Assembly: GCA_964016885.1 (NCBI GenBank)
Contig: OZ024753.1
Location: 21,514,001 to 21,578,000, forward strand
Direction: 5' to 3'
DNA from: Eledone cirrhosa
Lineage: Eukaryota
Length of the DNA stretch: 64,000 nt
The position numbers were made by a program, and so were the translations under genes. Of the stretch, positions 15,001 through 29,251 are shown piece after piece; position 1 is the first letter of the stretch; every line of letters begins with the position of its first letter. The notes under the pieces are model-generated. The model made no database searches. It was not told the origin of the DNA and worked only from the letters and a program-made list of their open reading frames with translations.

Positions 15001-18000
15001 CAGACCTGACATAACCCATGCTAGCCACAGTAGTGACCAGACCTGACATAACCCATGCGAGCCTCAGTAGTGACTAGACCTGACATAACCCATGCTAGCC
15101 TTAGTAGTGACCAGACCTGACATAACCCATGCTAGCCACAGTAGTGACCAGACCTGACATAACCCATGCTAGCCACAGTAGTGACCAGACATGACATAAC
15201 CCATGCTAGCCTTAGTAGTGACCAGACCTGACATAACCCATGCTAGCCTTAGTAGTGACCAGACCTGACATAACCCATGCTAGCCTTAGTAGTGACCAGA
15301 CCTGACATAACCCATGCTAGCCACAGTAGTGACCAGACATGACATAACCCATGCTAGCCTTAGTAGTGACCAGACCTGACATAACCCATGCTAGCCTCAG
15401 TAGTGACCAGACCTGACATAACCCATGCTAGCCACAGTAGTGACCAGACCTGACATAACCGATGCGAGCCTCAGTAGTGACCAGACCTGACATAAGCCAT
15501 GCTAGACTCAGTAGTGACCAGACCTGACATAACCCATGCTAGTCTCAGTAGTGACCAGACCTGACATGACCCATGCTAGCCACAGTAGTGACCAGACCTG
15601 ACATAACCCATGCTAGCCACAGTAGTGACCAGACCTGACATGACCCATGCTAGCCACAGTAGTGACCAGACCTGACATAACCCATGCTAGCCACAGTAGT
15701 GACCAGACCTGACATAACCCATGCTAGCCACAGTAGTGACCAGACCTGACATAACCCATGCTAGCCTTAGTAGTGACCAGACCTGACATAACCCATGCTA
15801 GCCACAGTAGTGACCAGACCTGACATAACCCATGCTAGCCTCAGTAGTGACCAGACCTGACATAACCCATGCTAGCCACAGTAGTGACCAGACCTGACAT
15901 AACCGATGCGAGCCTCAGTAGTGACCAGACCTGACATAAGCCATGCTAGACTCAGTAGTGACCAGACCTGACATAACCCATGCTAGTCTCAGTAGTGACC
16001 AGACCTGACATGACCCATGCTAGCCACAGTAGTGACCAGACCTGACATAACCCATGCTAGCCACAGTAGTGACCAGACCTGACATGACCCATGCTAGCCA
16101 CAGTAGTGACCAGACCTGACATAACCCATGCTAGCCACAGTAGTGACCAGACCTGACATAACCCATGCTAGCCACAGTAGTGACCAGACCTGACATAACC
16201 CATGCTAGCCTTAGTAGTGACCAGACCTGACATAACCCATGCTAGCCACAGTAGTGACCAGACCTGACATAACCCATGCTAGCCTCAGTAGTGACCAGAC
16301 CTGATATAACCCATGCTAGTCTCAGTAGTGACCAGACCTGACATAACCCATGCTAGCCACAGTAGTGACCATACCTGACATAACCCATGCTAGCCTTAGT
16401 AGTGACCAGACCTGACATAACCCATGCTAACCACAGTAGTGACCAGACCTGACACAACCCATGCTAGCCACAGTAGTGACCAGACCTGACATAAGCCATG
16501 CTAGCCTTAGTAGTGACCAGACCTGACATAACCCATGCTAGTCTCAGTAGTGACCAGACCTGACATAACCCATGCTAGCCTCAGTAGTGACCAGACCTGA
16601 CATAACCCATGCTAGCCTTAGTAGTTGTCAGGCCTGACATAACCCATGCTAGCCTCAGTAATGACCAGATCTGACATAACCCATGCTAGCCTTAGTAGTT
16701 GTCAGGCCTGACATAACCCATGCTAGCCTCAGTAATGACCAGATCTGACATAACCCATGCTAGCCTTAGTAGTGACCAGACCTGACATAACCCATGCTAG
16801 CCTTAGTAATGACCAGATCTGACATAACCCATGCTAGCCTTAGTAGTTGTCAGGCCTGACATAACCCATGCTAGCTTTAGTAGTGACCAGACATGACATA
16901 ACACATGCTAGCCTTAGTAGTGACCAGACCTGAGATAACACATCCTAGACTTAGTAATGACCAGACCTGACATAACCCATTCTAGCCTTGATAGTGACCA
17001 GACCTGACATAACCCATGCTAGCCCCATTAGTGACCAGACCTGACATAACCCATGCTAGACTTGGTAGTAACCAGACCTGACATAACCCATTCTAGCCTT
17101 AGTAGTGGTCAGACCTGACATAACCCATGCTAGCCTTAGTAGTGACCAGACATGACATAACCCATGCTAGCCTCAGTAGTGACCAGACATGACATAACAC
17201 ATGCTAGCCTTAGTAGTGACCAGACCTGACATAACCCATGCTAGCCACAGTAGTGACCAGACCTGACATAAGCCATGCTAGCCTTAGTAGTGACCAGACC
17301 TGACATAACCCATGCTAGCCTTAGTAGTGACCAGACCTGACATAACCCATGCTAGCCACAGTAGTGACCAGACCTGACATAAGCCATGCTAGCCTTAGTA
17401 GTGACCAGACCTGACATAACCCATGCTAGCCTTAGTAGTGACCAGACATGACATAACACATGCTAGCCTTAGTAGTGACCAGACCTGACATAACCCATGC
17501 TAGCCTTAGTAGTGACCAGACCTGACATAACCCATGCTAGCCTTAGTAGTGACCAGACCTGACATAACCCATGCTAGCCACAGTAGTGACCAGACCTGAC
17601 ATAAGCCATGCTAGCCTTAGTAGTGACCAGACCTGACATAACCCATGCTAGCCTCAGTAGTGACCAGACCTGATATAACCCATGCTAGTCTCAGTAGTGA
17701 CCAGACCTGACATAACCCATGCTAGCCTCAGTAGTGACCAGACCTGACATAACCCATGCTAGCCACAGTAGTGACCAGACCTGACATAACCCATGCTAGC
17801 CACAGTAGTGACCAGACCTGACATAAGCCATGCTAGCCTTAGTAGTGACCAGACCTGACATAACCCATGCTAGCCTCAGTAGTGACCAGACCTGATATAA
17901 CCCATGCTAGTCTCAGTAGTGACCAGACCTGACATAACACATGCTAGCCTCAGAGGTGACCAGACCTGACATAACACATGCTAGCCTTAGTAGTGACCAG

Positions 18001-21000
18001 ACATGACATAACCCATGCTAGCCTTAGTAGTGACCAGATCTGACATAACCCATGCTAGCCTTAGTACTGACCAGACCTAACATAACCCATGCTAGCCTTA
18101 GTAGTGACCAGACCTGACATAACCCATGCTAGACTTAGTAGTGACCACACCTGACATAACCCATGCTAGCCTTAGTAGTGGTCAGGCCTGACATAACCCA
18201 TGCTAGCCTTAGTAGTGACCGGACCTGTGATAACCCATGCTAGACTTAGTAGTGACCAGACCTGACATAACCCATTCTAGCCTTAGTAGTGACCAGACCT
18301 GACATAACCCATGCTAGCCCCATTAGTGTCCAGACCTGACATGACACATGCTAGCCTCAGTAGTGACCAGACCTGACATAACCCATGCTAGCCTGAGTAA
18401 TGACCAGAACTGACATAACCCATGCTAGCCTCAGTAGTGACCAGACCTGTGATAACCCATGCTAGACTTAGTAGTGACCAGACCTGACATAACCCATGCT
18501 AGCCTGAGTAATGACCAGAACTGACATAACCCATGCTAGCCTTAGTAGTGACCGGACCTGTGATAACCCATGCTAGACTTAGTAGTGACCAGACCTGACA
18601 TAACCCATGCTAGCCTTAGTAGTGACCAGACATGACATAACCCATTCTAGCCTTAGTAGTGACCAGACCTGACATAACCCATGCTAGTCTCAGTAGTGGC
18701 CAGACCTGACATAACCCATGCTAGCCCCATTAGTGTCCAGACCTGACATGACACATGCTTGCCTTAGTAGTGACCAGATCTGACATAACCCATGCTAGCC
18801 TTAGTGGTGACCAGACCTGACATAACCCATGCTAGTCTCAGTAGTGGCCAGACCTGACATAACCCATGCTAGTCTCAGTAGTGACCAGACCTGACATAAC
18901 CCATGCTAGCCTCAGAGGTGACCAGACCTGACATAACACATGCTAGCCTTAGTAGTGACCAGACATGACATAACCCATGCTAGCCTTAGTAGTGACCAGA
19001 TCTGACATAACCCATGCTAGCCTTAGTACTGACCAGACCTAACATAACCCATGCTAGCCTTAGTAGTGACCAGACCTGACATGACCCATGCTAGACTTAG
19101 TAGTGACCACACCTGACATAACCCATGCTAGCCTTAGTAGTGGTCAGGCCTGACATAACCCATGCTAGCCTTAGTAGTGACCGGACCTGTGATAACCCAT
19201 GCTAGACTTAGTAGTGACCAGACCTGACATAACCCATTCTAGCCTTAGTAGTGACCAGACCTGACATAACCCATTCTAGCCTTAGTAGTGGCCAGACCTG
19301 ACATAACCCATGCTAGCCCCATTAGTGTCCAGACCTGACATGACACATGCTAGCCTTAGTAGTGACCAGACATGACATAACCCATTCTAGCCTTAGTGGT
19401 GACCAGACCTGACATAACCCATGCTAGTCTCAGTAGTGGCCAGACCTGACATAACCCATGCTAGTCTCAGTAGTGACCAGACCTGACATAACCCATGCTA
19501 GCCTCAGAGGTGACCAGACCTGACATAACACATGCTAGCCTTAGTAGTGACCAGACATGACATAACCCATGCTAGCCCCATTAGTGTCCAGACCTGACAT
19601 GACACATGCTAGCCTTAGTAGTGACCAGACATGACATAACCCATTCTAGCCTTAGTAGTGACCAGACCTGACATAACCCATGCTAGCCCCATTAGTGTCC
19701 AGACCTGACATGACACATGCTAGCCTCAGTAGTGACCAGACCTGACATAACCCATGCTAGCCTGAGTAATGACCAGAACTGACATAACCCATGCTAGCCT
19801 CAGTAGTGACCAGACCTGTGATAACCCATGCTAGACTTAGTAGTGACCAGAGCTGACATAACCCATGCTAGCCTGAGTAATGACTAGAACTGACATAACC
19901 CATGCTAGCCTTAGTAGTGACCGGACCTGTGATAACCCATGCTAGACTTAGTAGTGACCAGACCTGACATAACCCATGCTAGCCTTAGTAGTGACCAGAC
20001 ATGACATAACCCATTCTAGCCTTAGTAGTGACCAGACCTGACATAACCCATGCTAGTCTCAGTAGTGGCCAGACCTGACATAACCCATGCTAGCCCCATT
20101 TGCGTCCAGACCTGACATGACACATGCTAGCCTTAGTAGTGACCAGATCTGACATAACCCATGCTAGCCTTAGTGGTGACCAGACCTGACATAACCCATG
20201 CTAGTCTCAGTAGTGGCCAGACCTGACATAACCCATGCTAGCCTTAGTAGTGACCAGACCTGACATAACTCATGCTAGCCTTAGTAGTGACCAGACCTGA
20301 CATAACCCATGCTAGCCTTAGTAGTGACCAGACATGACATAACCCATGCTAGCCTTAGTAGTGACCAGATCTGACATAACCCATGCTAGCCTTAGTGGTG
20401 ACCAGACCTGACATAACCCATGCTAGTCTCAGTAGTGGCCAGACCTGACATAACCCATGCTAGTCTCAGTAGTGGCCAGACCTGACATAACCCATGCTAG
20501 CCTTAGTAGTGACCAGACCTGACATAACCCATGCTAGCCTTAGTAGTGACCAGACCTGACATAACCCATGCTAGTCTCAGTAGTGGCCAGACCTGTCATA
20601 ACCCATGCTAGCCTTAGTAGTGACCAGACCTGACATAACCCATGCTAGCCACAGTAGTGACCAGACCTGACATAACCCATGCTAGCCTTAGTAGTGACCA
20701 GACCTGACATAACCCATGCTTGTCTCAGTAGTGACCAGACCTGACATAACCCATGCTAGCCTTAGTAGTGACCAGACCTGACATAACCCATGCTAGTCTC
20801 AGTAGTGACCAGACCTGACATAACCCATGCTAGCCACAGTAGTGACCAGACCTGACATAACCCATGCTAGCCTTAGTAGTGACCTGACCCGACATAACCC
20901 ATGCTAGCCTTAGTAGTGACCTGACCCGACATAACCCATGCTAGCCTTAGTAGTGACCAGACCTGACATAACCCATGCTAGTCTCAGTAGTGACCAGACC

Positions 21001-23775
21001 TGACATAACACATGCTAGCCTTAGTAGTGACCAGACCTGACATAACCCATGCTAGCCTTAGTAGTGACCAGACCTGACATAACCCATGCTAGACTTAGTA
21101 GTGACCACACCTGACATAACCCATGCTAGCCTTAGTAGTGGTCAGGCCTGACATAACCCATGCTAGCCTTAGTAGTGACCGGACCTGTGATAACCCATGC
21201 TAGACTTAGTAGTGACCAGACCTGACATAACCCATTCTAGCCTTAGTAGTGACCAGACCTGACATAACCCATGCTAGTCTCAGTAGTGGCCAGACCTGAC
21301 ATAACCCATGCTAGCCCCATTAGTGTCCAGACCTGACATGACACATGCTAGCCTTAGTAGTGACCAGACATGACATAACCCATTCTAGCCTTAGTAGTGA
21401 CCAGACCTGACATAACACATGCTAGCCTTAGTAGTGACCAGACCTGACATAACCCATGCTAGTCTCAGTAGTGGCCAGACCTGACATAACCCATGCTAGC
21501 CCCATTACTTTCCAGACCTGACATGACACATCCTAGCCTTAGTAGTGACCAGATCTGACATAACCCATGCTAGCCTTAGTAGTGACCAGACCTGACATAA
21601 CCCATGCTAGTCTCAGTAGTGGCCAGACCTGACATAACCCATGCTAGCCTTAGTAGTGACCAGACATGACATAACCCATGCTAGCCTTAGTAGTGACCAG
21701 ACCTGACATAACCCATGCTAGCCTCAGTAGTGACCAGACCTGATATAACCCATGCTAGTCTCAGTAGTGACCAGACCTGACATAACCCATGCTAGCCTCA
21801 GAGGTGACCAGACCTGACATAACACATGCTAGCCTTAGTAGTGACCAGACATGACATAACCCATGCTAGCCTTAGTAGTGACCAGACCTGACATAACCCA
21901 TGCTAGCCTCAGTAGTGACCAGACCTGATATAACCCATGCTAGTCTCAGTAGTGACCAGACCTGACATAACCCATGCTAGCCTCAGAGGTGACCAGACCT
22001 GACATAACACATGCTAGCCTTAGTAGTGACCAGACATGACATAACCCATGCTAGCCTTAGTAGTGACCAGATCTGACATAACCCATGCTAGCCTTAGCAG
22101 TGACCAGACCTGACATAACCCATGCTAGCCTCAGAGGTGACCAGACCTGACATAACACATGCTAGCCTTAGTAGTGACCAGACCTGACATAACCCATGCT
22201 AGACTTAGTAGTGACCAGACCTGACATAACCCATGCTAGCCTTAGTAGTGGTCAGGCCTGACATAACCCATGCTAGCCTTAGTAGTGACCGGACCTGTGA
22301 TAACCCATGCTAGCCTTAGTAGTGACCAGACCTGACATAACCCATGCTAGACTTAGTAGTGACCAGACCTGACATAACCCATTCTAGCCTTAGTAGTGGC
22401 CAGACCTGACATAACCCATGCTAGACTTAGTAGTGACCAGACCTGACATAACCCATTCTAGCCTTAGTAGTGGCCAGACCTGACATAACCCATTCTAGCC
22501 TTAGTAGTGGCCAGACCTGACATAACCCATTCTAGCCTTAGTAGTGGCCAGACCTGACATAACCCATGCTAGACTTAGTAGTGGCCAGACCTGACATAAC
22601 CCATTCTAGCCTTAGTAGTGGCCAGACCTGACATAACCCATGCTAGCCTTAGTAGTGGCCAGACCTGACATAACCCATGCTAGCCCCATTAGTGTCCAGA
22701 CCTGACATGACACATGCTAGCCTTAGTAGTGACCAGACCTGACATAACCCATTCTAGCCTTAGTAGTGGCCAGACCTGACATAACCCATGCTAGCCTTAG
22801 TAGTGGCCAGACCTGACATAACCCATTCTAGCCTTAGTAGTGGCCAGACCTGACATAACCCATGCTAGCCCCATTAGTGTCCAGACCTGACATGACACAT
22901 GCTAGCCTTAGTAGTGACCAGACCTGACATAACCCATTCTAGCCTTAGTAGTGACCAGACCTGACGTAACCCATGCTAGTCTCAGTAGTGGCCAGACCTG
23001 ACATAACCCATGCTAGCCTTAGTAGTGACCAGACATGACATAACCCATTCTAGCCTTAGTAGTGACCAGACCTGACATAACACATGCTAGTCTCAGTAGT
23101 GGCCAGACCTGACATAACCCATGCTAGCCCCATTAGTGTCCAGACCTGACATGACACATGCTATCCTTAGTAGTGACCAGACCTGACATAACCCATGCTA
23201 GTCTCAGTAGTGACCAGACCTAAAAAAACCCATGCTAGCCTTAGTAGTGGCCAGACCTGACATAACCCATGCTAGCCTCAGTAGTGACCAGACCTGACAT
23301 AAGCCATGCTAGCCTTAGTAGTGACCAGACCTGACATAACCCATGCTAGTCTCAGTAGTGACCAGACCTGACATAACCCATGCTAGCCACAGAGGTGACC
23401 AGACCTGACATAATCCATGCTAGCCACAGTAGTGACCAGACCTGACATAATCCATGCTAGCCTTAGTAGTGACCAGACCTGACATAACCCATGCTAACCT
23501 TAGTAGTGACCAGACCTGACATAACCCATGCTAGCCTTAGTAGTGACCAGACCTGACATAACACATGCTAGCCTCAGTAGTGATCAGACCTGAAATAATC
23601 CATGCTAGCCACAGTAGTGACCAGACCTGACATAACCCATGCTAGCCTCAGTAGTGGTCAGACCTGACATAACCCATGCTAGCCTCAGTAGTGACCAGAC
23701 CTGACATAACCCAGGCTAGCCTTAGTAGTGACCAGACCTGACATAACCCATGCTAGCCTTAGTAGGGTCCAGACT
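1..23775. repeat. 37-bp satellite array, about 642 units, running off the left edge; consensus AGTAGTGACCAGACCTGACATAACCCATGCTAGCCTY
   Basis: Head-to-tail units with no spacers. CTGACATAAC at 21 and 23701 is exactly 640 x 37 bp apart. Confidence 0.99.
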
Positions 23776-23785
23776 AGCTCACCAA

Positions 23786-24766
23786 TATGCAAGATGGTAT
23801 CAAAAAGTTTCTGGACTAGTTCTGTAGCGCACCAACAGATGGCCGCACACAGTTGCATGGGCAGTGAGAGCTAGCAGTGACCTTCATGGTTGGAACAAAG
23901 AGCCATCACGAAATTTGGGAAGACTGCTACAGAAACATTGAGCATGCTTCGGGTATGACTCTTAGATGAAGCAGCATTCGACACACTAGTAAAACCCTTC
24001 ATCTGAAGAAAGCACAACAGAGCTACAGCTTAATCAAGACCATGCTCATTGTTTTTTTATCGACATCCAGAGTATTGTGCATTCTAAACTCATCCCCCAG
24101 GGCCAGACTGTCAATCAAGGGTTCTACTGCAACGTTTTGAGGCGGTTGATGGAGGATGCTTGGCAAACGCGACTTGATCTGTGGAGCGAGAAGAATTGGA
24201 TTCTTCATGATGACAATGTACGCTGTCATTGAGCTCTCCTCATTGGGTTCTTCATGATGACTATTTACCCTGTCATTGAGCTCTCCTCATTGGGTTCTTC
24301 ATGATGACAATGTACCCTGTCATTGAGCTCTCCTCATTGGGTTCTTCATGATGACTATTTACCCTGTCATTGAGCTCTCCTCATTGTGTTCTTCATGATG
24401 ACAAATTACCCTGTCACTGATGGCAATGTACCTCCTCGCTTTCTGGTCCAAAACAACATTGTATTGCTTCTGCACCCACCTTATTCACCAGATTTTGCAC
24501 CTGCTGACTTCCATCTCTTCTCCAAGCTGAAAATGCTGCTTAAAGGTTGCTGTTTGATACTATTGCCAAAACCCAGACTGACTCACAGAAGGTCCTTGAC
24601 TCGTTTACGGAAAACAACTTCCAGGCCGGTTTCTAAAAGTGGCAGGAATGCTGGGAGTGGTGTATTGCTGCACTAGGTGATTATTTCGAAGGAGATGATG
24701 GTAAAATTTAGGTAAATATATTTATTTTAAACATAACTCGGGAACTTTTTGATAACACCCCGTATA
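23786..24766 (+). mobile_element. Degenerate, internally deleted mariner transposon
   Basis: Imperfect TA-bounded TIRs: tatgcaagatggtatcaaaaagttt and reverse complement tatacggggtgttatcaaaaagttc. Transposase remnants WILHDDN (~24197) and HPPYSPDFAPADFHLFSKLK (YSPDLAP motif). Confidence 0.9.
24200..24420 (+). repeat. 47-bp tandem repeat (~4.5 copies) inside the mariner
   Basis: GTTCTTCATGATGACWATKTACCCTGTCATTGAGCTCTCCTCATTGG repeated at 47-bp spacing. Confidence 0.9.
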
Positions 24767-25828
24767 ACAGTTATTTCCGTGTCTTTAATCATCTCTCTTA
24801 TACTTGAGTAGTTTTCATTTAATAATCAATATCTGGAATCAGATAAAAGACTAGACATCATACTTGATACTTTGATTTCAATCTCGATTGGAAGTATTTT
24901 GAAGACAAATAATAAATTACTTTTCTATTTTATTTATTTTTTATTAATTCAAATATTTAGCTTTAATAAAAAACTGTTTTTTAAACATTCATTACTAGAA
25001 ATAAATTAATTAGTAAATGTATATGTTCTTTTTTAATTAAACATTTGTCTGTTCTGAGTCTTGAAAAAATTGGTGAAGAAATAATTGTATGGAAATGTTT
25101 CTCAGCCATTTCATTTTAGATTAAAACATTCTCAGTTTTGCTGTTTAGTAAAATATTGGTGTTATATTCTGCAGAATCAGCACATAATAATAATTATTTC
25201 TTAAGGTAGTATTGAAAATTGTAATTTTGATAGTAAAATACTATTTTATGCTACATTTAATGGTGTTATTTGGAGTCATCAGCATTTAACGTCTGTTTAC
25301 CCTACAATGAAAGAGTTGGATGCATAATCTGAAGACTAAGTTGGTACTCATGTGGAGGTACGATCCCCATATATGGGCTGGGAGCCTATATCTAACATAC
25401 TGCACTCTACCAAGTTCTCAGAGGGGCTGATGGCCCACAACTCACTTATATACAATCTCATTCACAACCAAGTGCACATTATTGTAAAATCAACACTAGG
25501 GAGTTTGTCATGTCTTGGACACAACTGAAAAGTCTTCCTGACCCCTTGGTGGGGTTCTATGACTGGATACACTTCCTATCACCACCACTTGTACACCAGC
25601 AGTAGTTATCATACCTATGACACAAATGTCCTCTTGTCCCTTTTTGGAATGGTTTCTACATATCTGTCCTGTCACCAACCACTTTACAATTTATACAATG
25701 CAGATCTGTAGTGGGAGAGCAGGCACAAGAGATGTAGTGGGAGAGCAGGCAAACTAATAGGTAGGGAAAACTACATATGTAGTAGACGTACAGGGAAATT
25801 TGACAGTAGAAGTTGCAGTGGTAGACGC

Positions 25829-25921
25829 CTCGGTAATCAGATTAGCAGGGGAGGAGGGTGCTCTGAGGCCATAGTATATAGAATAAGGATGGGTTGGAAA
25901 GAGTTGAGGGAGCTGCTTCCT
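25829..25921 (+). pseudogene. Short fragment of an RTE LINE ORF (post-RT region)
   Basis: Translates LGNQISRGGGCSEAIVYRIRMGWKELRELLP, matching LGDKISSGGGCSESTVARVRTGWKKFRELIP in the RTE ORF at 45021-45650. Confidence 0.85.
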
Positions 25922-28900
25922 AACCTACACCCCTCCACCCAGTCTCTAACCTACTCCCCTCCACCAAGTCTCTAACCTACCCCCATTCACCCAGTCTCTA
26001 ACCTACCCCCTCCACCCAGTCTCTAACATAACCCCCGCCACCCAGTCTATAACCTACCTCCCTTCACCCAGTCTCTAACCTACCTCCCGCCACCCAGTCT
26101 ATAACCTACCTCCCTCCACCCAGTCTCTAACCTACCCCCATTCACCCAGTCTCTAACCTACCCCCTGCCACCCATCTCTAACCTAACCCCCACAACCCAG
26201 TCTCTAGCCTAACCCCCACAACACAGTCTCTAGCCTACCCCCCTTCACCCAGTCTCTAGCCTAACCCCCACAACACAGTCTCTAGCCTACCCCCCTTCAC
26301 CCAGTCTCTAACCTACCTCCCTCCACCCAGTCTCTAACCTACCTACCTCAACCCAGCCCTTAACCTACCTCCCTCCACCCAGTCTCTAACCTACCTCCCT
26401 CCACCCAGCCCCTAACCTACCTCCCTCCACTCAGTCTCTAACCTCCCTCCCTCCACCCAGTCTCTAACCTACCTCCCTCCTCCCAGTCTGTAACCTACCT
26501 CCCTCCACCCAGTCTCTAACCTACCTCACTCCTCCCAGTCACTAACCTACCTCCCTCCACCCAGTCTCTAACCTACCTCCCTCCATCCAGTCTCTAACCT
26601 ACCTCCCTCCACCCAGTCTCTAACCTACCTCCCTCCTCCCAGTCTCTAACCTACCTCCCTCCACCCAGTCTCTAACCTACCTCCCTCCTCCCAGTCTCTA
26701 ACCTACCTCCCTCCACCCAGTCTCTAACCTACCTCCCTCCATCCAGTCTCTAACCTACCTCCCTCCCAGTCTCTAACCTACCTCCCTCCACCCAGTCTCT
26801 AACCTACCTCCCTCCACTCAGTCTCTAGCCTACCTCCCTCCACCCAGTCTCTAACCTACCTCCCTCCACCCAGTCTCTAACCTACCTCCCTCCACTGAGT
26901 CTGTAACCTACCTCCCTCCACTCAGTCTCTAGCCTACCTCCCTCCACCCAGTCTCTAACCTACCTCCTTCCACCCAGTCTCTAACCTACCTCCCTCCACC
27001 CAGTCTCTAACCTACCTCCCTCCACCCAGTCTCTAACCTACATCCCTCTACCCAGTCTCTAACCCACTCCCCTCCACCCAGTCTCTAATCTAACCCCTCC
27101 ACCCAACCCCTAACCTACCTCCATCCACTCAGTCTCTAACCTACCTCCCTCCACTCAGTCTCTAACCTACCTCCCTCCACTCAGTCTCTAACCTACCTAC
27201 CTCCACCCAGTCTCCAATCTACCCCCTCCACCCAGCCCCTAACCTATCTCCCTCCACCCAGTCTCTAACCTACCTCCCTCCACCCAGGCCCTAACCTACC
27301 TCCCTCCACCCAGTCTCTAACCTACCTCCCTCCACTCAGTCTCTAACCTACCTCCCTCCACCCAGTCTCTAACCTACCTACCTCCACCCAGGCCCTAACC
27401 TACCTCCCTCCACCCAGTCTCTAACCTACCTCCCTCCACTCAGTCTCTAACCTACCTCCTTCCACCCAGTCTCTAACCTACCTACCTCCCTCAGTCTCTA
27501 GCCTACCTCCCTCCACCCAGTCTCTAACCTACCTCCTTCCACCCAGTCTCTAACCTACCTCCCTCCACTCAGTCTCTAGCCTACCTCCCTCCACCCAGTC
27601 TCTAACCTACCTCCCTCCACCCAGTCTCTAACCTACCTCCCTCCACTCAGTCTCTAACCTACCTCCTTCCACCCAGTCTCTAACCTACCTCCCTCCACTC
27701 AGTCTCTAGCCTACCTCCCTCCACCCAGTCTCTAACCTACCTCCCTCCACCCAGTCTCTAACCTACCTCCCTCCACTCAGTCTCTAACCTACCTCCCTCC
27801 ACCCAGTCTCTAACCTACCGACCTCCACCCAGGCCCTAACCTACCTCCCTCCACCCAGTCTCTAACCTACCTCCCTCCACTCAGTCTCTAACCTACCTCC
27901 TTCCACCCAGTCTCTAACCTACCTACCTCCCTCAGTCTCTAGCCTACCTCCCTCCACCCAGTCTCTAACCTACCTCCTTCCACCCAGTCTCTAACCTACC
28001 TCCCTCCACCAGGCCCTAACCTACCTCCCTCCACCCAGTCTCTAACCTACCTCCTTCCACCCAGTCTCTAACCTACCTCCCTCCACCCAGTCTCTAACCT
28101 ACCTACCTCCACCAGGCCCTAACCTACCTCCCTCCACCCAGTCTCTAACTTACCTCCCTCCACCCAGCCCCTAACCTACCTCCCTCCACTCAGTCTCTAG
28201 CCTACCTCCCAACACCAAGTCTCTAACCTACCTCCCTCCACCCAGTCTCTAACCTACCTCCCTCCACCCAGCCCCTAACCTACCTCCCTCCACCCAGTCT
28301 CTAACCTACCTCCCTCCACCCAGTCTCTAACCTACCTCCCTCCACTCAGTCTCTAACCTACCTCCCTCCACCCAGGCTCTAACCTACCTCCCTCCACTCA
28401 GTCTCTAGCCTACCTCCCTCCACCCAGTCTCTAACCTACCTCCCTCCACCCAGACTCTAACCTACCTCCCTCCACTGAGTCTGTAACCTACCTCCCTCCA
28501 CTCAGTCTCTAGCCTACCTCCCTCCACCCAGTCTCTAACCTACCTCCTTCCACCCAGTCTCTAACCTACCTCCCTCCTCCCAGTCTCTAACCTACCTCCC
28601 TCCACCCAGTCTCTAACCTACCTCCCTCCACCCAGTCTCTAACCTACATCCCTCTACCCAGTCTCTAACCCACTCCCCTCCACCCAGTCTCTAATCTAAC
28701 CCCTCCACCCAGCCCCTAACCTACCTCCATCCACTCAGTCTCTAACCTACCTCCCTCCACTCAGTCTCTAACCTACCTCCCTCCACTCAGTCTCTAACCT
28801 ACCTACCTCCACCCAGTCTCCAATCTACCCCCTCCACCCAGCCCCTAACCTATCTCCCTCCACCCAGTCTCTAACCTACCTCCCTCCACTCAGTCTCTAA

Positions 28901-29099
28901 CCTCCCTCCCTCCACCCAGTCTCTAACCTACCTCCCTCCACCCAGTCTCTAACCCACTCCCCTCCACCCAGTCTCTAATCTACCCCCTCCACCCAGCCCC
29001 TAACCTACCTCCCTCCACCCAGTCTCTAACCTACCTCCCTCCACTCAGTCTCTAACCTACCTCCCTTCACTCAGTCTCTAGCCTACCTCGCTCCACCCA
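25920..29099. repeat. 26-bp C-rich minisatellite (CCAGTCTCTAACCTACCTCCCTCCAC)n, ~120 units
   Basis: Direct tandem units with strong C/G strand skew. Confidence 0.97.
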
Positions 29100-29251
29100 T
29101 GATCATCCATTAAGACTATTTCCCCCACCTTTAACATGATAATGCCCTTCTCTAGTCTAGAAATGACAACAAGTTTTAGCTTGTAGGAATATTACTTTTG
29201 TGATAGAGCACAACAACTGAAATTTTATATTGGCAATTATTTTGTCAGTGT

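Noticed and set aside
1-23775. CRISPR array (37-bp repeats)
   Set aside because: No spacers, no cas genes, eukaryotic context.
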